This document shows, piece after piece, positions 29,187 through 44,195 of a stretch of DNA of 64,000 nt. The position numbers and the translations under genes are program-made. Origin of the DNA: Eledone cirrhosa (taxonomy: Eukaryota); assembly GCA_964016885.1 (NCBI GenBank), contig OZ024740.1, positions 273,172,001 through 273,236,000 of the forward strand. Direction: 5' to 3'. How positions within the stretch are numbered: the stretch's first letter is position 1; every line of letters starts with the position of its first letter. Under the pieces are notes generated by a model, which saw only the letters and a list, made by a program, of their open reading frames with translations, did no database searches and was not told where the DNA came from.

Positions 29187-32100
29187 CCACCACCACTAAC
29201 ACCACCGACATCACCACCACTAACACCACCGACACCACTAACACGACCTGCACCACCACCACTAACACCACCGACATCACCACCACTAACACCACCGACA
29301 CCACTAACACCACCAACATCACCACCACTAACACCACCAACATCACCACCACTAACACCACCGACACCACTAACACGACCTGCACCACCACCACTAACAC
29401 CACCGACACCAACACCACTAACACCACCGACACCACCACCACTAACACCACCGACACCACCACCACTAATACCACCGACACCACCACCACTAATACCACC
29501 TACACCACCACCACTAACACCAACTACACCACCACCACTAACACCACCGACACCACCACCACTAACACCACCGATACCACCACCACTAACACAACCGACA
29601 CCAACACCACTAACACCACCGACACCACCACCACTAATACCACCGACACCACCACCACCACTAATACCACCGACACCACCACCACCACTAACACCACCGA
29701 CACCACCACCACTAACACCACCGACACCACCACCACTAATACCACCAACAACACCACCACCACTAACACCACCACCACCACTAACACCACCGACACCACC
29801 ACCACCAACACCACCGACACCACCACCACTAACACCCCCGACACCACCACCTCTAACACCACCGACACCACTAACACCACCGACACCACCACCATTAACA
29901 CCACCGACAACACCACCACTAATACCACCGACACCACCACCACTAACACCACCGACACCACCACCACTAATACCACCGACACCACCACCACTAACACCAC
30001 CAACACCACCACCACTAAACCACCAACACCACCACCATTAATACCACCTACACCACCACCACTAATACCACCGACACCACCACCACTAACAGCACCGACA
30101 CCACCACCACTAATACCACCGACACCACCACCACTAACACCACCAACACCACCACCACTAACACCACCAACACCACCACCACTAATACCACCGACACCAC
30201 CACCACTAACACCACCGACACCACCACCACTAATACCACCGACACCACCACCACTAACACCACCGACACCACCACCACTAACACCACCAACACCACCACC
30301 ACTAACACCACCACCACTAACACCACCGACACCACCACCACTAATACCACCGACACCACCACCACTAACACCACCGACACCACCACCACTAATACCACCG
30401 ACACAACCACCACTAATACCACCGACACCACCACCACTAATACCACCACCACCACTAACACCACCAACACCACCACCACTAACACCACCGACACCACCAC
30501 CACTAACACCACCGACACCACCACCACTAACACCACCGACACCACCACCATTAACACCACCGACACCCCCACCACTAATACCACCGACACCACCACCACT
30601 AACACCACCACCACCACTAACACCACCAACTCCACCACCACTAATACCACCGACACCACCACCACTAATACCACCGACACCACCACCACTAATACCACCG
30701 ACACCACCACCACTAACACCACCGACACCACTACCACTAACACCACCGACACCACCACCCTAATACGACCAACACCACCACCACTAATACCACCGACACC
30801 ACCACCACTAAAACCACCTACACCACCACCACTAACACCACCGACACCACCACCACTAATACCACCGACACCACCACCACTAATACCACCGACACCACCA
30901 CCACTAACACCACCGACACCACCACCACTAATACCACCGACACCACCACCACTAACACCACCGACACCACCGACACCACTAACACCACCGACACCACCAC
31001 CACTAACACCACCGACACCACCACCAATAATACCACCGACACCACCACCACTAATACCACCGACACCACCACCACTAACACCACCGACTCCACTGACACC
31101 ACTAACACCACCGACACCAGCACCACTAACACCACCGACACCACCACCAATAATACCACCGACACCACCACCAACACAACCACCACTAACACCACTGACA
31201 CCATCACCACTAATACCACCGACACCAGCACCACTAACACCACCGACACCACCACCACTAATACCACCGACACCACCACCACTAATACCACCGATACCAC
31301 CACCACTAACACCACCGATACCACCACCACTAACACCACCTACACAACCACCACTAACACCACCACCACCACTAGCACCACCAACACCACCACCACTAAC
31401 ACCACTAACACCACCAACACCACCACCACTAATACCACCGACACCACCACCACTAACACTACTGACACCACCACCACTAATACCACCGACACCACCACCA
31501 CTAACACCACCAACACATCCACCACTAACACCACCGACACATCCACCACTAACACCACCGACACATCCACCACTAACACCACCGACACCACCACCACTAA
31601 CACCACCGACACATCCACCACTAACACCACCGACACATCCACCACTAACACCACCGACACCGCCACCACTAACACCACCGACACATCCACCACTAACATC
31701 ACCGACACCACCACCACTAACACTACCACCACCACTAACACCACCGACACCACCACCATTAACACCACCGACACCACCACCACTAATACCACCGACACCA
31801 CCACCACTAACACCACCGACACCACCACCACTAATACCACCGACACCACCACCACTAACACCACCAACACCACCACCACTAACACCACCAACACCACCAC
31901 CACTAACACCACCGACACCACCACCACTAACACCACCGACACCACCACCACTAATACCACCGACACCACCACCACTAACACCACCGACACCACCACCACT
32001 AATACCACCGACACAACCACCACTAATACCACCGACACCACCACCACTAATACCACCACCACCACTAACACCACCAACACCACCACCACTAACACCACCG

Positions 32101-35100
32101 ACACCACCACCACTAACACCCCCGACACCACCACCTCTAACACCACCGACACCACTAACACCACCGACACCACCACCACTAACACCACCGACACCACCAC
32201 CATTAACACCACCGACACCACCACCACTAATACCACCGACACCACCACCACTAACACCACCGACACCACCACCACTAATACCACCGACACCACCACCACT
32301 AACACTACTGACACCACCACCACTAATACCACCAACACCACCACCACCACTAACACCACCACCACCACTAACACCACCGACACCACCACCACCAACACCA
32401 CCGACACCACCACCACTAACACCACCGACACCACTAACACCACCGACACCACCACCATTAACACCACCGACACCACCACCACTAATACCACCGACACCAC
32501 CACCACTAATACCACCGACACCACCACCACTAACACCACCGACACCACCACCACTAATACCACCGACACCACCACCACTAACACCACCAACACCACTACC
32601 ACTAATACCACCGATACCACCACCACTAACACCACCGACACCACCACCACCACTAATACCACCGACACCACCACCACTAACACAACCGACACCACCACCA
32701 CTAACACCACCAACACAACCACCACTAACACCACTGACACCATCACCACTAATACCACCGACACCACCACCACTAACACCACCGACACCACCACCACTAA
32801 TACCACCTACACAACCACCACTAACACCACCACCACTAACACCACCACCACCACTAGCACCACCAACACCCCCACCACTAATACCACCGACACCACCACC
32901 ACTAACACCACCACCACCACTAACACCACCAACTCCACCACCACTAATACCACCGACACCACCACCACTAATACCACCGACACCACCACCAATAATACCA
33001 CCGACACCACCACCACTAACACCACCGACACCACCACCACTAACACCACCGACACCACCACCCTAATACGACCAACACCACCACCACTAATACCACCGAC
33101 ACCACCACCACTAACACCACCTACACCACCACCACTAACACCACCGACACCACCACCACTAATACCACCGACACCACCACCACTAATACCACCGACACCA
33201 CCACCACTAATACCACCGACACCACCACCACTAATACCACTGACACCACCACCACTAACACCACCGACACCACCACCACTAATACCACCGACACCACCAC
33301 CACTAACACCACCGACACCACCACCACTAACACCACCGACACCACTAACACCACCGACACCACCACCACTAACACCACCGACACCACCACCAATAATACC
33401 ACCGACACCACCACCACTAATACCACCGACACCACCACCACTAACACCACCGACACCACTAACACCACCAACACCACCACCACTAATACCACCGACACCA
33501 CCACCACTAATACCACCGACACCACCACCACTAATACCACTGACACCACCACCACTAACACCACCGACACCACCACCACTAATACCACCGACACCACCAC
33601 CACTAACACCACCGACACCACCACCACTAACACCACCGACACCACCACCACTAACACCACCGACACCACCACCAATAATACCACCGACACCACCACCACT
33701 AATACCACCGACACCACCACCACTAACACCACCGACACCACTAACACCACCAACACCACCACCACTAATACCACCGATACCACCACCACTAACACCACCA
33801 ACACCACTAACACCACCAACACCACCACCACTGACACCACCACCACTAATACCACCGACACCACCACCACTAATACCACCGACACCACCGCCACTAACAC
33901 CACCGACACCACCACTAACACCACCGACACCACCACCACTAACACCACCAACACCACCACCACTAACACCACCGACACCACTAACACCACCAACACTACC
34001 ACCACTAACACCACCAACACCACCACCACTAACACCACCGACACCACCACCACTAACACCACCGACACCACTAACACCACCGACACCACCACCATTAACA
34101 CCACCGACACCACCACCACTAATACCACCGACACCACCACCACTAATACCACCGACACCACCACCACTAATACCACCGACCCCACCACCACTAATACCAC
34201 CGACACCACCACCACTAACACCACCAACACCACTACCACTAATACCACCGATACCATCACCACTAACACCACCGACACCGCCACCACCACTAATACCACC
34301 GACACCACCACCACTAACACCACCGACACCACCACCACTAACACCACTAACACCACCGACACCACCACCACTAACACCACCAACACAACCACCACTAACA
34401 CCACTAACACCACCAACACAACCACCACTAACACCACTAATACCACCGACACCACCACCACTAACACCACCGACACCACCACCACTAACACCACTAACAC
34501 CACCGACACCACCACCACTAACACCACCAACACCACCACCACTAACACCACTAACACCACCGACACCACCACCACTAACACCACCAACACAACCACCACT
34601 AACACCACTGACACCATCACCACTAATACCACCGACACCACCACCACTAATACCACCTACACAACCACCACTAACACCACCACCACTAACACCACCACCA
34701 CCACTAGCACCACCAACACCACCACCACTAACACCACTAACACCACCAACACCACCACCACTAATACCACCGACACCACCACCACTAACACTACTGACAC
34801 CACCACCACTAATACCACCGACACCACCACCACTAACACCACCGACACCACCACCACTAACATCACCGACACCACCACCACTAACACTACCACCACCACT
34901 AACACCACCAACACCACCACCACTAACACCACTGACACCACCACAACTAATACCACCGACACCACCACCACTAACACTACTGACACCACCACCACTAATA
35001 CCACCGACACCACCACCACTAACACCACTGACACCATCACCACTGATACCACCACCACCACTAATACCACCACCACTACTAACACCACCAACACCACCAC

Positions 35101-35209
35101 CACTAACACCACCGACACCACCACCACTGATACCACCACCACCACTAATACCACCACCACTACTAACACCACCAACACCACCACCACTAACACCAGCGAC
35201 ACCACCACT
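29187..35209. repeat. 6-kb CCA-rich minisatellite, consensus 24-mer CCACCACCACTAAYACCACCGACA
   Basis: Direct tandem repetition with variant units and recurring diagnostic blocks. Confidence 0.97.
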
Positions 35210-35339
35210 CAATATTGAGAAGAAATAAGAATAAAAAGAAAATACTTCTTCGATGTCAATTTGATAAATTTTCAATGTTTTCCGGTGAATTCACATTTAA
35301 CTAACTCAGCATCACTGCCCACGTGAAACTGAGGTTCAT

Positions 35340-35870
35340 ATTCCTAAATACAGGCTTAGTATTAGGGAGATCGACAGAAGAGTGATTAGATTGAGGATAT
35401 ACTTTATTGGCGTTAGAGCTACCTTTATTTTAGGGCCTTTTAATGCCCCGGCTTTTACTGTTAGAGCTATTGGGTTTTACTAATTTCTCAGGTCTATTAG
35501 TAAAGTTTTGGCTACTATTGTACCTTATCGTGCTTCTAGAAGCGTAAATGTCTGGATCGAAGTATATCTTCTTAGTGTAGCCTGATCTCGCAAAAGATTC
35601 ATTGTAGCATTGAACATTAAGATCGAATGTCTGCAATTTATCGGAAAGTCTGGACCTCCTACCCGATAAGGGGTAGATATAATAGTATCTAATAGTATCT
35701 AATAGTATCTAAAGCGCGGGTGGGTGTGGGGGCGGTCCTATGTATATGGATTCCCTTTTGGAGATTGCAGAATAAAATAAATTGATATATAGCAAATATG
35801 ATTTCGAAAAATATGTACTTGTCAATATGGGTTGCCATGGAAATAACAGCGGTGTTGATTGAAAAGGTCG
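35340..35870 (-). pseudogene. Degenerate Naiad-like PLE RT-thumb fragment
   Basis: SRLSDKLQTFD..VQCYNESFARSGYTKKI parallels SRLSSNQQIFDQHAEYYNTALERAGHTDKL of the adjacent element. Confidence 0.5.
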
Positions 35871-36064
35871 TTTTCACAACAATCTGCCAATAGACTTCAT
35901 TTAATTTGTTGTTTCCCCTTAACTTCTATTTGATTTTTTTGCCATAAATTGATTACCTTTGCATTTTTAAATTTAATCAAACAATCTTTCCATTTTATCT
36001 GAAATCACTTCATCTCATTTCATTTTACATCATTGCATATTTTATATGTATTCAGTTTTTTATC

Positions 36065-36124
<60 letters not shown>

Positions 36125-36128
<4 letters not shown>

Positions 36129-38737
36129 ATCTAACGTGTACACAATGGACATTAATACTTACCACGACCTTATACGAAAGGAATTACATAAAAAATATAA
36201 GAAAACCAATAACAAAGCACTACTTAACATCAACAAACAAGCACACCATATTGTCAAAAGTCTAGAACTTGAAGATAGAACTGAGCCCATGACAAGTTGC
36301 ACCCTCACCTTTAATCTTAAGGACCACAAATTAGATTTCCTAGATAAACCCACTATTAGATTAATATGCCCATCTAAGTCAGACATAGGTAAAATTAGCA
36401 AGCATATTTTAGATAGAATAATAATACAATTAAGGAATAAACTAGTTATTAAACTTTGGGACAATACTAGCGACACAATTAAATGGTTTAATAGTATAGA
36501 TAACAAAAATACCTCTAACTTTATACAATTCGACATTAATGACTATTACTCCTCCATATCACCCGATACTCTAAACAAGACACTAGCATTTGCGAAAGCC
36601 AACTCTGACTTAACCGACGACGAAATAAACATTATCCTAGCAGCTAGAAAGACGATAATTAAATTTGAAAATAACTTTTGGATACGTAAGGATAGAATAG
36701 ATAACTTTGACATAACTATGGGTGCTAATGACTCAGCACAAGTTACGGATATTGTTGGTATATACATAGCCCACACCTTACACAATAAAGTTAGTTACCT
36801 TCAAGGCGGAATATATAGAGATCACGCTCTCCTATTAGTTAAAAACATGAATAAACAAAACATAGAACGAACCCGTAAGAGCATTAGAAGAACCCTAGAT
36901 AGCCTTGGCCTTAAAATCACCTACGAATATAGTACCAAAGTAGTTAACTTCCTAGATGCCACCTTCAACCACAACACCCAAATTATCACACCCTTTCACA
37001 AAAAACAATGAGAACCTCACCTACATCCACACTAGCTCTAACCACCCACTATCTATTATAAGGTCCGTGCCACATAGTATATCACTTAGAATATCCCGCC
37101 TCTCATCTAACCAACAAATATTCGATCAACACGCTGAATACTACAACACTGCATTAGAACGGGCTGGCCACACCGACAAACTAGAATACATGGACCCACA
37201 CAACCATAAAACACATAACCACAGACACGCCAAACGCCCCACAAACACCCGCACACACGCACCTAGACCCCCTAATACTAACCACACCACAAATACAACA
37301 GCAACATCAAAGCAAAATAGAACACGGAGTAGATCTTACATTTGGTATAATCCTATTTTTAACTCTTCTATTAGCTCTAACTTACCTTCCACATTCTACA
37401 AAATTATAAAAAAACACTTTCCAAATTCACATAAATATAGTAGTATACTTAATACCAAAACAATTAGACTATCTTATTCCACTGCACCAAACCTAGACGC
37501 ACACATTAAGATGCTCAACGCCAAAACCTCCGTAACAACAACACCCCAATCACTCAACACAATAATACACCTAATACACAACCATCCACTGACAATCAGT
37601 ATGCACAAAACACACTCACACACACATCCCAGCCCACCTATAACTCCATCACTGCCCATAACAGAAATTGTAATTTCCACCTTCCAGAGACTTGTCCATT
37701 GAATAACGAATGTTTGCATTCAAACCTAGTGTACAGGTGCTCGGTTGAGGCGGGCAACCAAACCTGGCACTACATAGGCAGCACTGCAAACACCTTCAAA
37801 ACTCGTTGGTTAACGCATCGTTACGCAATAAAGCACCACCAACACCGTTGCGTAACGACTCTCGCCGACAAAATTTGGCACTTAAAAGGGAGTAACCGAC
37901 AATACACCCTTAAATGGACCAAACTCTCACATGCTCCTCCATACCGGAGTGGGATGAAAACGTGCCCCTTGTGTAATAATGAGCTCTTCCATATCCTAAG
38001 CTCAAGCCACCAACTACTCAACAACAAAATTGAAAAGTCAATTTTTTGCCAGCATAAACTAAAAGCGAAATTCTCACACTTCAAACCTTCAACCAAATCC
38101 TAACACTACCTATCTTTCTACCCTAAATAACAATTCTACACCCGTAAAAATAGACTATATATGAAATTTAATACTTTCTTCCTTCATCTGTTCTCTGGTA
38201 AGACTTTCGCCTGTCCACTTCCAAATGCCTCTTAAAATTCTATCTTCCTTCTCTCTCCCTCTACTCATCACAAGTTTTGGCACACAACCCTCCTCCCCTC
38301 CCTTACAAATCCTCTCACACCACACTATCTCTTTCTCTTTCTCTCCCTACCTCTATCCCTTTTCTCTCTCTCTCTTCCTCTCTTTTGCCCCTGTCTCTCT
38401 CTGTTCCTCTATCTTACACTACTACCCCTTATTTCATTTCCTAAGGTCATTCCAACTTTGTATTTTGAAAATTCGGCTGCTACAGTATCTTTCTTGATTG
38501 CCTATTATAACATAGTGTAGCAATAATGGACTGAAATTCTGATGAAACAATTGTTAATACGTGGATTAAATTCTTTTGTAACTGTTTACCTTCGTCCTAT
38601 TTCTCTTCTTTGATTACACTCCTCGTTTGTTCGTGTTTCCACTACAGAATCCCTACCAACCTGTCGAGTCACCTTAACGTATGTTGAGAACTTTCCTCAC
38701 AACTTGTTCTACCAAGCTTTGGAATACTGCTAATAAC

Positions 38738-38741
<4 letters not shown>
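36125..38741 (+). mobile_element. Penelope-like element, Naiad-like (RT + GIY-YIG, frameshifted) with 3' pseudo-LTR
   Basis: RLICPSKSDIGKISK, FIQFDINDYY, FDITMG, IYRDH (YRDD), VNFLD, YIH..SNHP, IWYNP.F, CPLNNECL..LVY..YIGST..FKTR, CPLC; (TA)n on both sides. Confidence 0.9.
38460..38560 (+). ncRNA. Degenerate hammerhead with extended stem II in the Naiad-like pseudo-LTR
   Basis: GTATT-TTGAAAA-T..(long)..T-GAAAC-AATT-GTT-AATAC; two substitutions relative to CTGANGA. Confidence 0.45.
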
Positions 38742-38818
<77 letters not shown>

Positions 38819-38823
<5 letters not shown>

Positions 38824-39273
38824 AAGAGGGAAGAATAACAAGGTCAACAGTACAAAAAGGGTTTTATTTACAGTATTAACAATTGTTTCATTGATTAGGA
38901 TGTCTAAATGTTGCTAATCATTTGAAGTTGTGTCACTCAACCTTCAATATAGTGTTCCGACGATTTGATTAGGCATACACTGTATTTAAGTTTGAGTGAC
39001 ACAACTTCAAGTGATTAGCAACCTTTTGATATCATAATCAATGAAACAATTGTTAATACTGTAAATAAAACCCTTTTTGTACTGTTGATCATGTTATTCT
39101 TCACTCTTTCACTATTATTACTCCAAGATTAACCTGTATAGGAATTCCCATGAACTCGCCACCTAACTAAGGAAAACTCTTGTTGAGTCAAACAACGCCG
39201 TATGTTAAAACTATTCATAATATAGAGTACTCATAACCTCTAACTGGATTACCTATAACGATAATGTGTTATC

Positions 39274-39277
<4 letters not shown>
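38819..39277 (+). mobile_element. TA-embedded fold-back pseudo-LTR (~295-bp hairpin)
   Basis: Inverted arms ~38819-38955 and ~38975-39113; hammerhead at 38952-39059. Confidence 0.75.
38952..39059 (+). ncRNA. Type I hammerhead with ~80-nt stem II region
   Basis: GTGTT-CCGACGA-T-TTGATT...AATCAA-T-GAAAC-AATT-GTT-AATAC (U4 to C change). Confidence 0.6.
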
Positions 39278-39304
<27 letters not shown>

Positions 39305-39306
<2 letters not shown>

Positions 39307-39650
39307 TAAGTTTATCCAGGGTTCAATCGGGGGTAACCACAGTAGGTAATGTACTCAATACAAAGCAGAGTATAAATGTTTTATATAGAAAAGGCTTCTA
39401 CATGACTATAACAGTTTCATTCGGGAGAAATCATCAGGACTTCCTGATGATTTCTCCCGAATGAAACAGTCCTAGTCCTGTAGAAGCCTTTTCTATATTG
39501 AATATATATATATATTTAATATAGAAATGGCTTTTACAGGACTTTTACAAGAAATCATCAGGAAAGCGCTTTCCTGCTGATTAGATATTTATACTCTGCT
39601 ATGTATTGAGTTCCTTACATACTGTGGTTACTCCCCACTGAACTCGGGAT

Positions 39651-39655
<5 letters not shown>
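39305..39655. mobile_element. Two oppositely oriented pseudo-LTR remnants with back-to-back hammerhead cores
   Basis: Arms 39384-39438 and 39443-39497 each carry CTGATGA-TTTCTCCCGAAT-GAAAC..GTC; 39310-39380 is inverted relative to 39585-39653. Confidence 0.7.
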
Positions 39656-39716
<61 letters not shown>

Positions 39717-40314
39717 GTGTGTGTGTGTATGTGCGCGCATGTGTGTGTGTGCGCGCGTGTGTGTGCGTGTGTGTATTTTTATTTATTTATTCAATCCTTC
39801 GTCTAATACATTTCAACTTAATTCTTTCATTTTAGCTTGTGATTAGGTATGGATCACGTTGGTATTCTTATTTCATACTGTCTCAAAATGTTTTAAACCT
39901 TTCTAAGCTTTATGAGCACGTTGCCAAATAATATTTTTTCTTTCATTTGTTCTTTTATGGAATTCATTATTCATAAGATACTGAGGTAGCACCTTGGTTT
40001 AGACAAGTGAATTGACATCAGTATTCATATTTGTCCTTCTTCTTCAATGCCCACTTACTCCTGAGAGGGTCATGGGTCTAGGGTTGTCAAACTCTCCTTC
40101 CAGTGAGTCCTGTCAAAAGCAACTGGTTCCAATATTTCCAGATTGATCCCCAAACAAGACCAGTCAACCTAATGGATGAGAATGACAATTTCAATCTTCG
40201 CAGCACTGATTTTCATTCCATGTATTGTAGATCCACTAAATTATGAGACACACTTAGACATGACCAGGCACACACACACACCATCTTTCTATTTAAGATT
40301 GGTTTACGCTTGAA

Positions 40315-40577
<263 letters not shown>

Positions 40578-40820
40578 ATGTATATGAAAGGTATCTACAG
40601 GTTTCGTTAACCAAATCCCACTCTGGAGGCTTTGATCAGCCTGAGAATATGGTAGAAGACATTTGTTTAAGGTTTCATGTAGTAGAACTGAACACAGAGC
40701 CACAGTGATGTGCAGTAAATTCCTTAACTAGATTGTCTTGCCTGTTGTAAGTATATTGTATAATTTTATAGTTAAAATATCATCCATAAATGGTTAATAT
40801 TTACCTATAAATTAAATATA

Positions 40821-40876
<56 letters not shown>

Positions 40877-40879
<3 letters not shown>

Positions 40880-41033
40880 ATAATAATAAATTTGAAGACT
40901 AAAATCCAAAGAGGGCTCGATAAGGATAAATATATATCAAATATATAAGAACCATAGAGCAAATATTAGTTAGTTTCAGAAGATCCCGTTAAGGGTGAAA
41001 GCAGCGATTCTTTGCTTAAACTTTAATCTGTTA

Positions 41034-41040
<7 letters not shown>
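40877..41040. mobile_element. TA-embedded pseudo-LTR-like element with internal inversion
   Basis: Same family as 14361; its second half is inverted relative to that copy; contains CAGAAGA-T-CCC GTTAA GGG-T-GAAA. Confidence 0.55.
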
Positions 41041-41101
<61 letters not shown>

Positions 41102-41114
41102 CATATATATATAT

Positions 41115-41534
41115 AAAATAAAATAAAATAAATAAGTCAAATGTTTAAAATTTTGCTTCGTTCATTACTGCTATATATATTTCGGTGACAGCCATCTTTG
41201 GCTGTGACCTCTTCAGGAGGATATGATTCCAGTTCTTCAGTAAAATAACAACCCAACCAGGAACTGGGCATATCAGACTATTGACAAAGTTAAACACCCC
41301 AACATCATGTGTACTCGTCTCTACCACACTAATTCGGACTGCCTGAAGAGGTCACAGCCAAAGATGGCCGTTACCGAAATATATATAGCAGTAATAAGCG
41401 AAGCCAAATTTTAAACATTTGACTTATTTATTTTATTTTACATTACTCCGGAGTAACCAAACCAACCTGCGCACTTCGTCGAGTGCTCCAATCTGCATAC
41501 TGAGGTGTTGGTATACAACCAACATATACTCAAA

Positions 41535-41535
<1 letters not shown>
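41115..41535 (+). mobile_element. TA-embedded fold-back pseudo-LTR
   Basis: Inverted arms ~41117-41217 and ~41342-41438; hammerhead core present on both strands. Confidence 0.8.
41338..41392 (+). ncRNA. Intact type I minimal hammerhead ribozyme
   Basis: ACTGC-CTGAAGA-GGTCACAGCC(AAAGAT)GGCCGTTACC-GAAA-T-ATAT-A-TA-GCAGT; predicted cleavage after A41387. Confidence 0.85.
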
Positions 41536-41630
<95 letters not shown>

Positions 41631-43204
41631 ATATCTGTGTGTGTGCACTCTCAGGAATACTTTACACATAGAAGCATATATATGTATTTGCATGTATATT
41701 TATGTATATAAACGTGTCTGTATGTATTTATATGTGTAATATGGATATATTGGAGAAGGATAATGAGAACCAAAGATTAAATTTCAATGTAAATCCTATG
41801 TTGTCTGTGTGGGCTGACATAACAGCATAATCTTTTTTCAAACACTTCTCTTATTGTCTTAAGAACTGTGGACAATCTGCTGTAAGGTCTTATCCCCGGG
41901 GTTTAGTCTGAAGACTTGAGGCCTTAAAATTCTTTTTTTTATAAATAGATAATTACTTAAATAAATAAAAAGGGTTAGATACAGATGAATACAAAACAAA
42001 GACTTTAAACTGTCTAAACAGGAGATGAAGGATTAACAATGTTTGTCGTTGCTTGTTGGTCTAGATTACGGATTTCTAAAGAATTTGGTACCATGCTCTG
42101 GAAGACAATTGGTATTAATTATTGTGACGCCACTGAATTTTTAACACTAGGCTGGTTTCAGCTGTTGCTATTGTTATTCCGATTAGACATATGAAAAGCA
42201 TAAAAGTCATATCATAATCATCCAATTTTGTTTGTTTTCAAGAATATTATAACAGATCTGAATCTCTCCATATGTAATTTCTTTTCTAAGATCGTAGAAT
42301 GTGATTTGAATAAGATTTAGCAGCTTTTTCTAGCAGGCAAATAACCATAAGAAGGCTCCCTTGATCTTTATTGCCCCATCCATTGACTGATATTTTATTC
42401 ATGTTAGATAACAATTTAGTTTACAATATAATGTAGTTTGTTAACTGTATTATGTGTTGGGCATAGATAACAATGAACATAATTTGCAATTTCAGTGTTT
42501 TGAAAAAATAGTGAAAGGGTCTGACAAAATTCCTTCAAGAAATAATTCCAGATCTTACGTTCTGAGTTCAAATTTCATCAAAGTCAAATATGTATTTCAT
42601 ATTTTAAAGTCGATAAAATAAACTATCGCTTAAATATTGGTGTTAGTTTAATCAATTGCCAATATGTGCTAATATTCATCTGTCTAGCATGATAACAGAG
42701 AAACGGAAAGGAGCTAATAGTTAGAAGAGACCATGGAAACTATGTTTTCCTTGTCTTTCTCTTGCTGATACTATCTGGTGATATTAAATCCTGGCAGAAA
42801 TATCATCACCTTTCCACTCACATAAACTTCGAAAATTTAAACTTAGATTGCACAGAGCTTTAACAGCTAATACAAGGTATCCATTCTGAAAACTCCACCA
42901 ATCAAATACTCCTGTACTAGTATTCTATTTTATTAACCTCATAGTTGACCTTGGTAGTGGTTGAACTTAAAACATAGAAAATCAAATCATATGCCGAGGC
43001 ATTTAATTCAACACTCTAACAAAATTAAATTTTCCAATTTACTGCCAATACAGTATTTAAAAAAAATGAATCCTAAAACTAGTAATTGTAATAATCATAC
43101 CTATTGAATTGACGATTAAACTACGCTACAACTGCTGGTTTCAGAATCATTGAGGCCACACTATGAGTGCTATTGTATGGCCCAACATCTACTCCAAATC
43201 GACA

Positions 43205-44190
43205 GAACAATGAGGAAAAGATTGTTCTCCTCCATAAACACGTATGCTTCTTCCATGAGAATAGAGGTTAATAGTTTATAAGTGGTGGACAAGCAGGTTA
43301 TGGGCCGATAGATTATTGGATCTTTGGTTTCGTTGTTCTTTGGTAGAAGGTAGGTAATGCCACTTGCTATCCAATCAGGTGTATTCTTTGGATGTTTCAT
43401 AATTCCATTAAACAGCTTTTCCAATATATTGTGAGTGCACGGGAGTGAGGAAAGCCAGAAGTTTAGCACCCTGTCTCGTCCAGGAGATTTCCATTTATGA
43501 GATTTATTGAGTGCTGTCCTTAAGTCTGCTATAGAGATGTCTTCCCACACCTGATCTTCTAAATTTGTGTAGGATTTTTCCAGGCGACTAATCAAATCTA
43601 CATTAGTATTATATGTCTTCTCATCACTCCAAATCTTACTCCAGAAGTTTTCAACTTCTTCTATAATTATTTGTTTCTTCCCTACATCTCTATAAAATGA
43701 CATGACATTGGATGAGAACAATGTATTTTGCCTGTAGAAGTTGTTTCGCATCTCGAATCTACGAATTCGTTGAACTTTTACTTGGACTTTTTGTTTCAGA
43801 GATTCTTTTGTTGAAACTATTGCTTCTCTAGAAGATAGTCCATATTTTCTCTTTAGCTTTCTTACCTTCTCGGATCTTATATCATTTCCAGCGGTTAACT
43901 CACTCAATAAAGATGTTTCTTCTCTCATTACGTCAATCTCCCTTTTGACTCTACTCCTCCAAATTGGTTTACCTCGAAGGTTCGACTTTTTTTGCTTTTT
44001 TGTGGTAAACAACTTGTTTCAATTATCCTAGCAGATGCATAAATGATTTCATTTAACTCAGTAAGATCAGGTTCTAGTTTTCTATGATTTTCTTTTGTCA
44101 CAGAATTACCAATCTGTGACAAAAGAAATGATATTATTATTGTTCTTTGAGTCTCAGTCATTGATGTTAGTTAACTGGAAAGTTTGTTGA
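43205..44190 (-). pseudogene. R4/Dong-like internal fragment (third family)
   Basis: KPIWRSR, RIRRFE, WKSPGRD..NFW, YRPITCLSTTYKLLT. Confidence 0.85.
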
Positions 44191-44195
44191 AATGA

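Noticed and set aside
28659-35275. Long Pro-rich, Val-rich and Gly-rich ORFs (up to 822 aa)
   Set aside because: Automatic consequence of a 24-bp repeat lacking stops; the reading frame switches at single-base indels.
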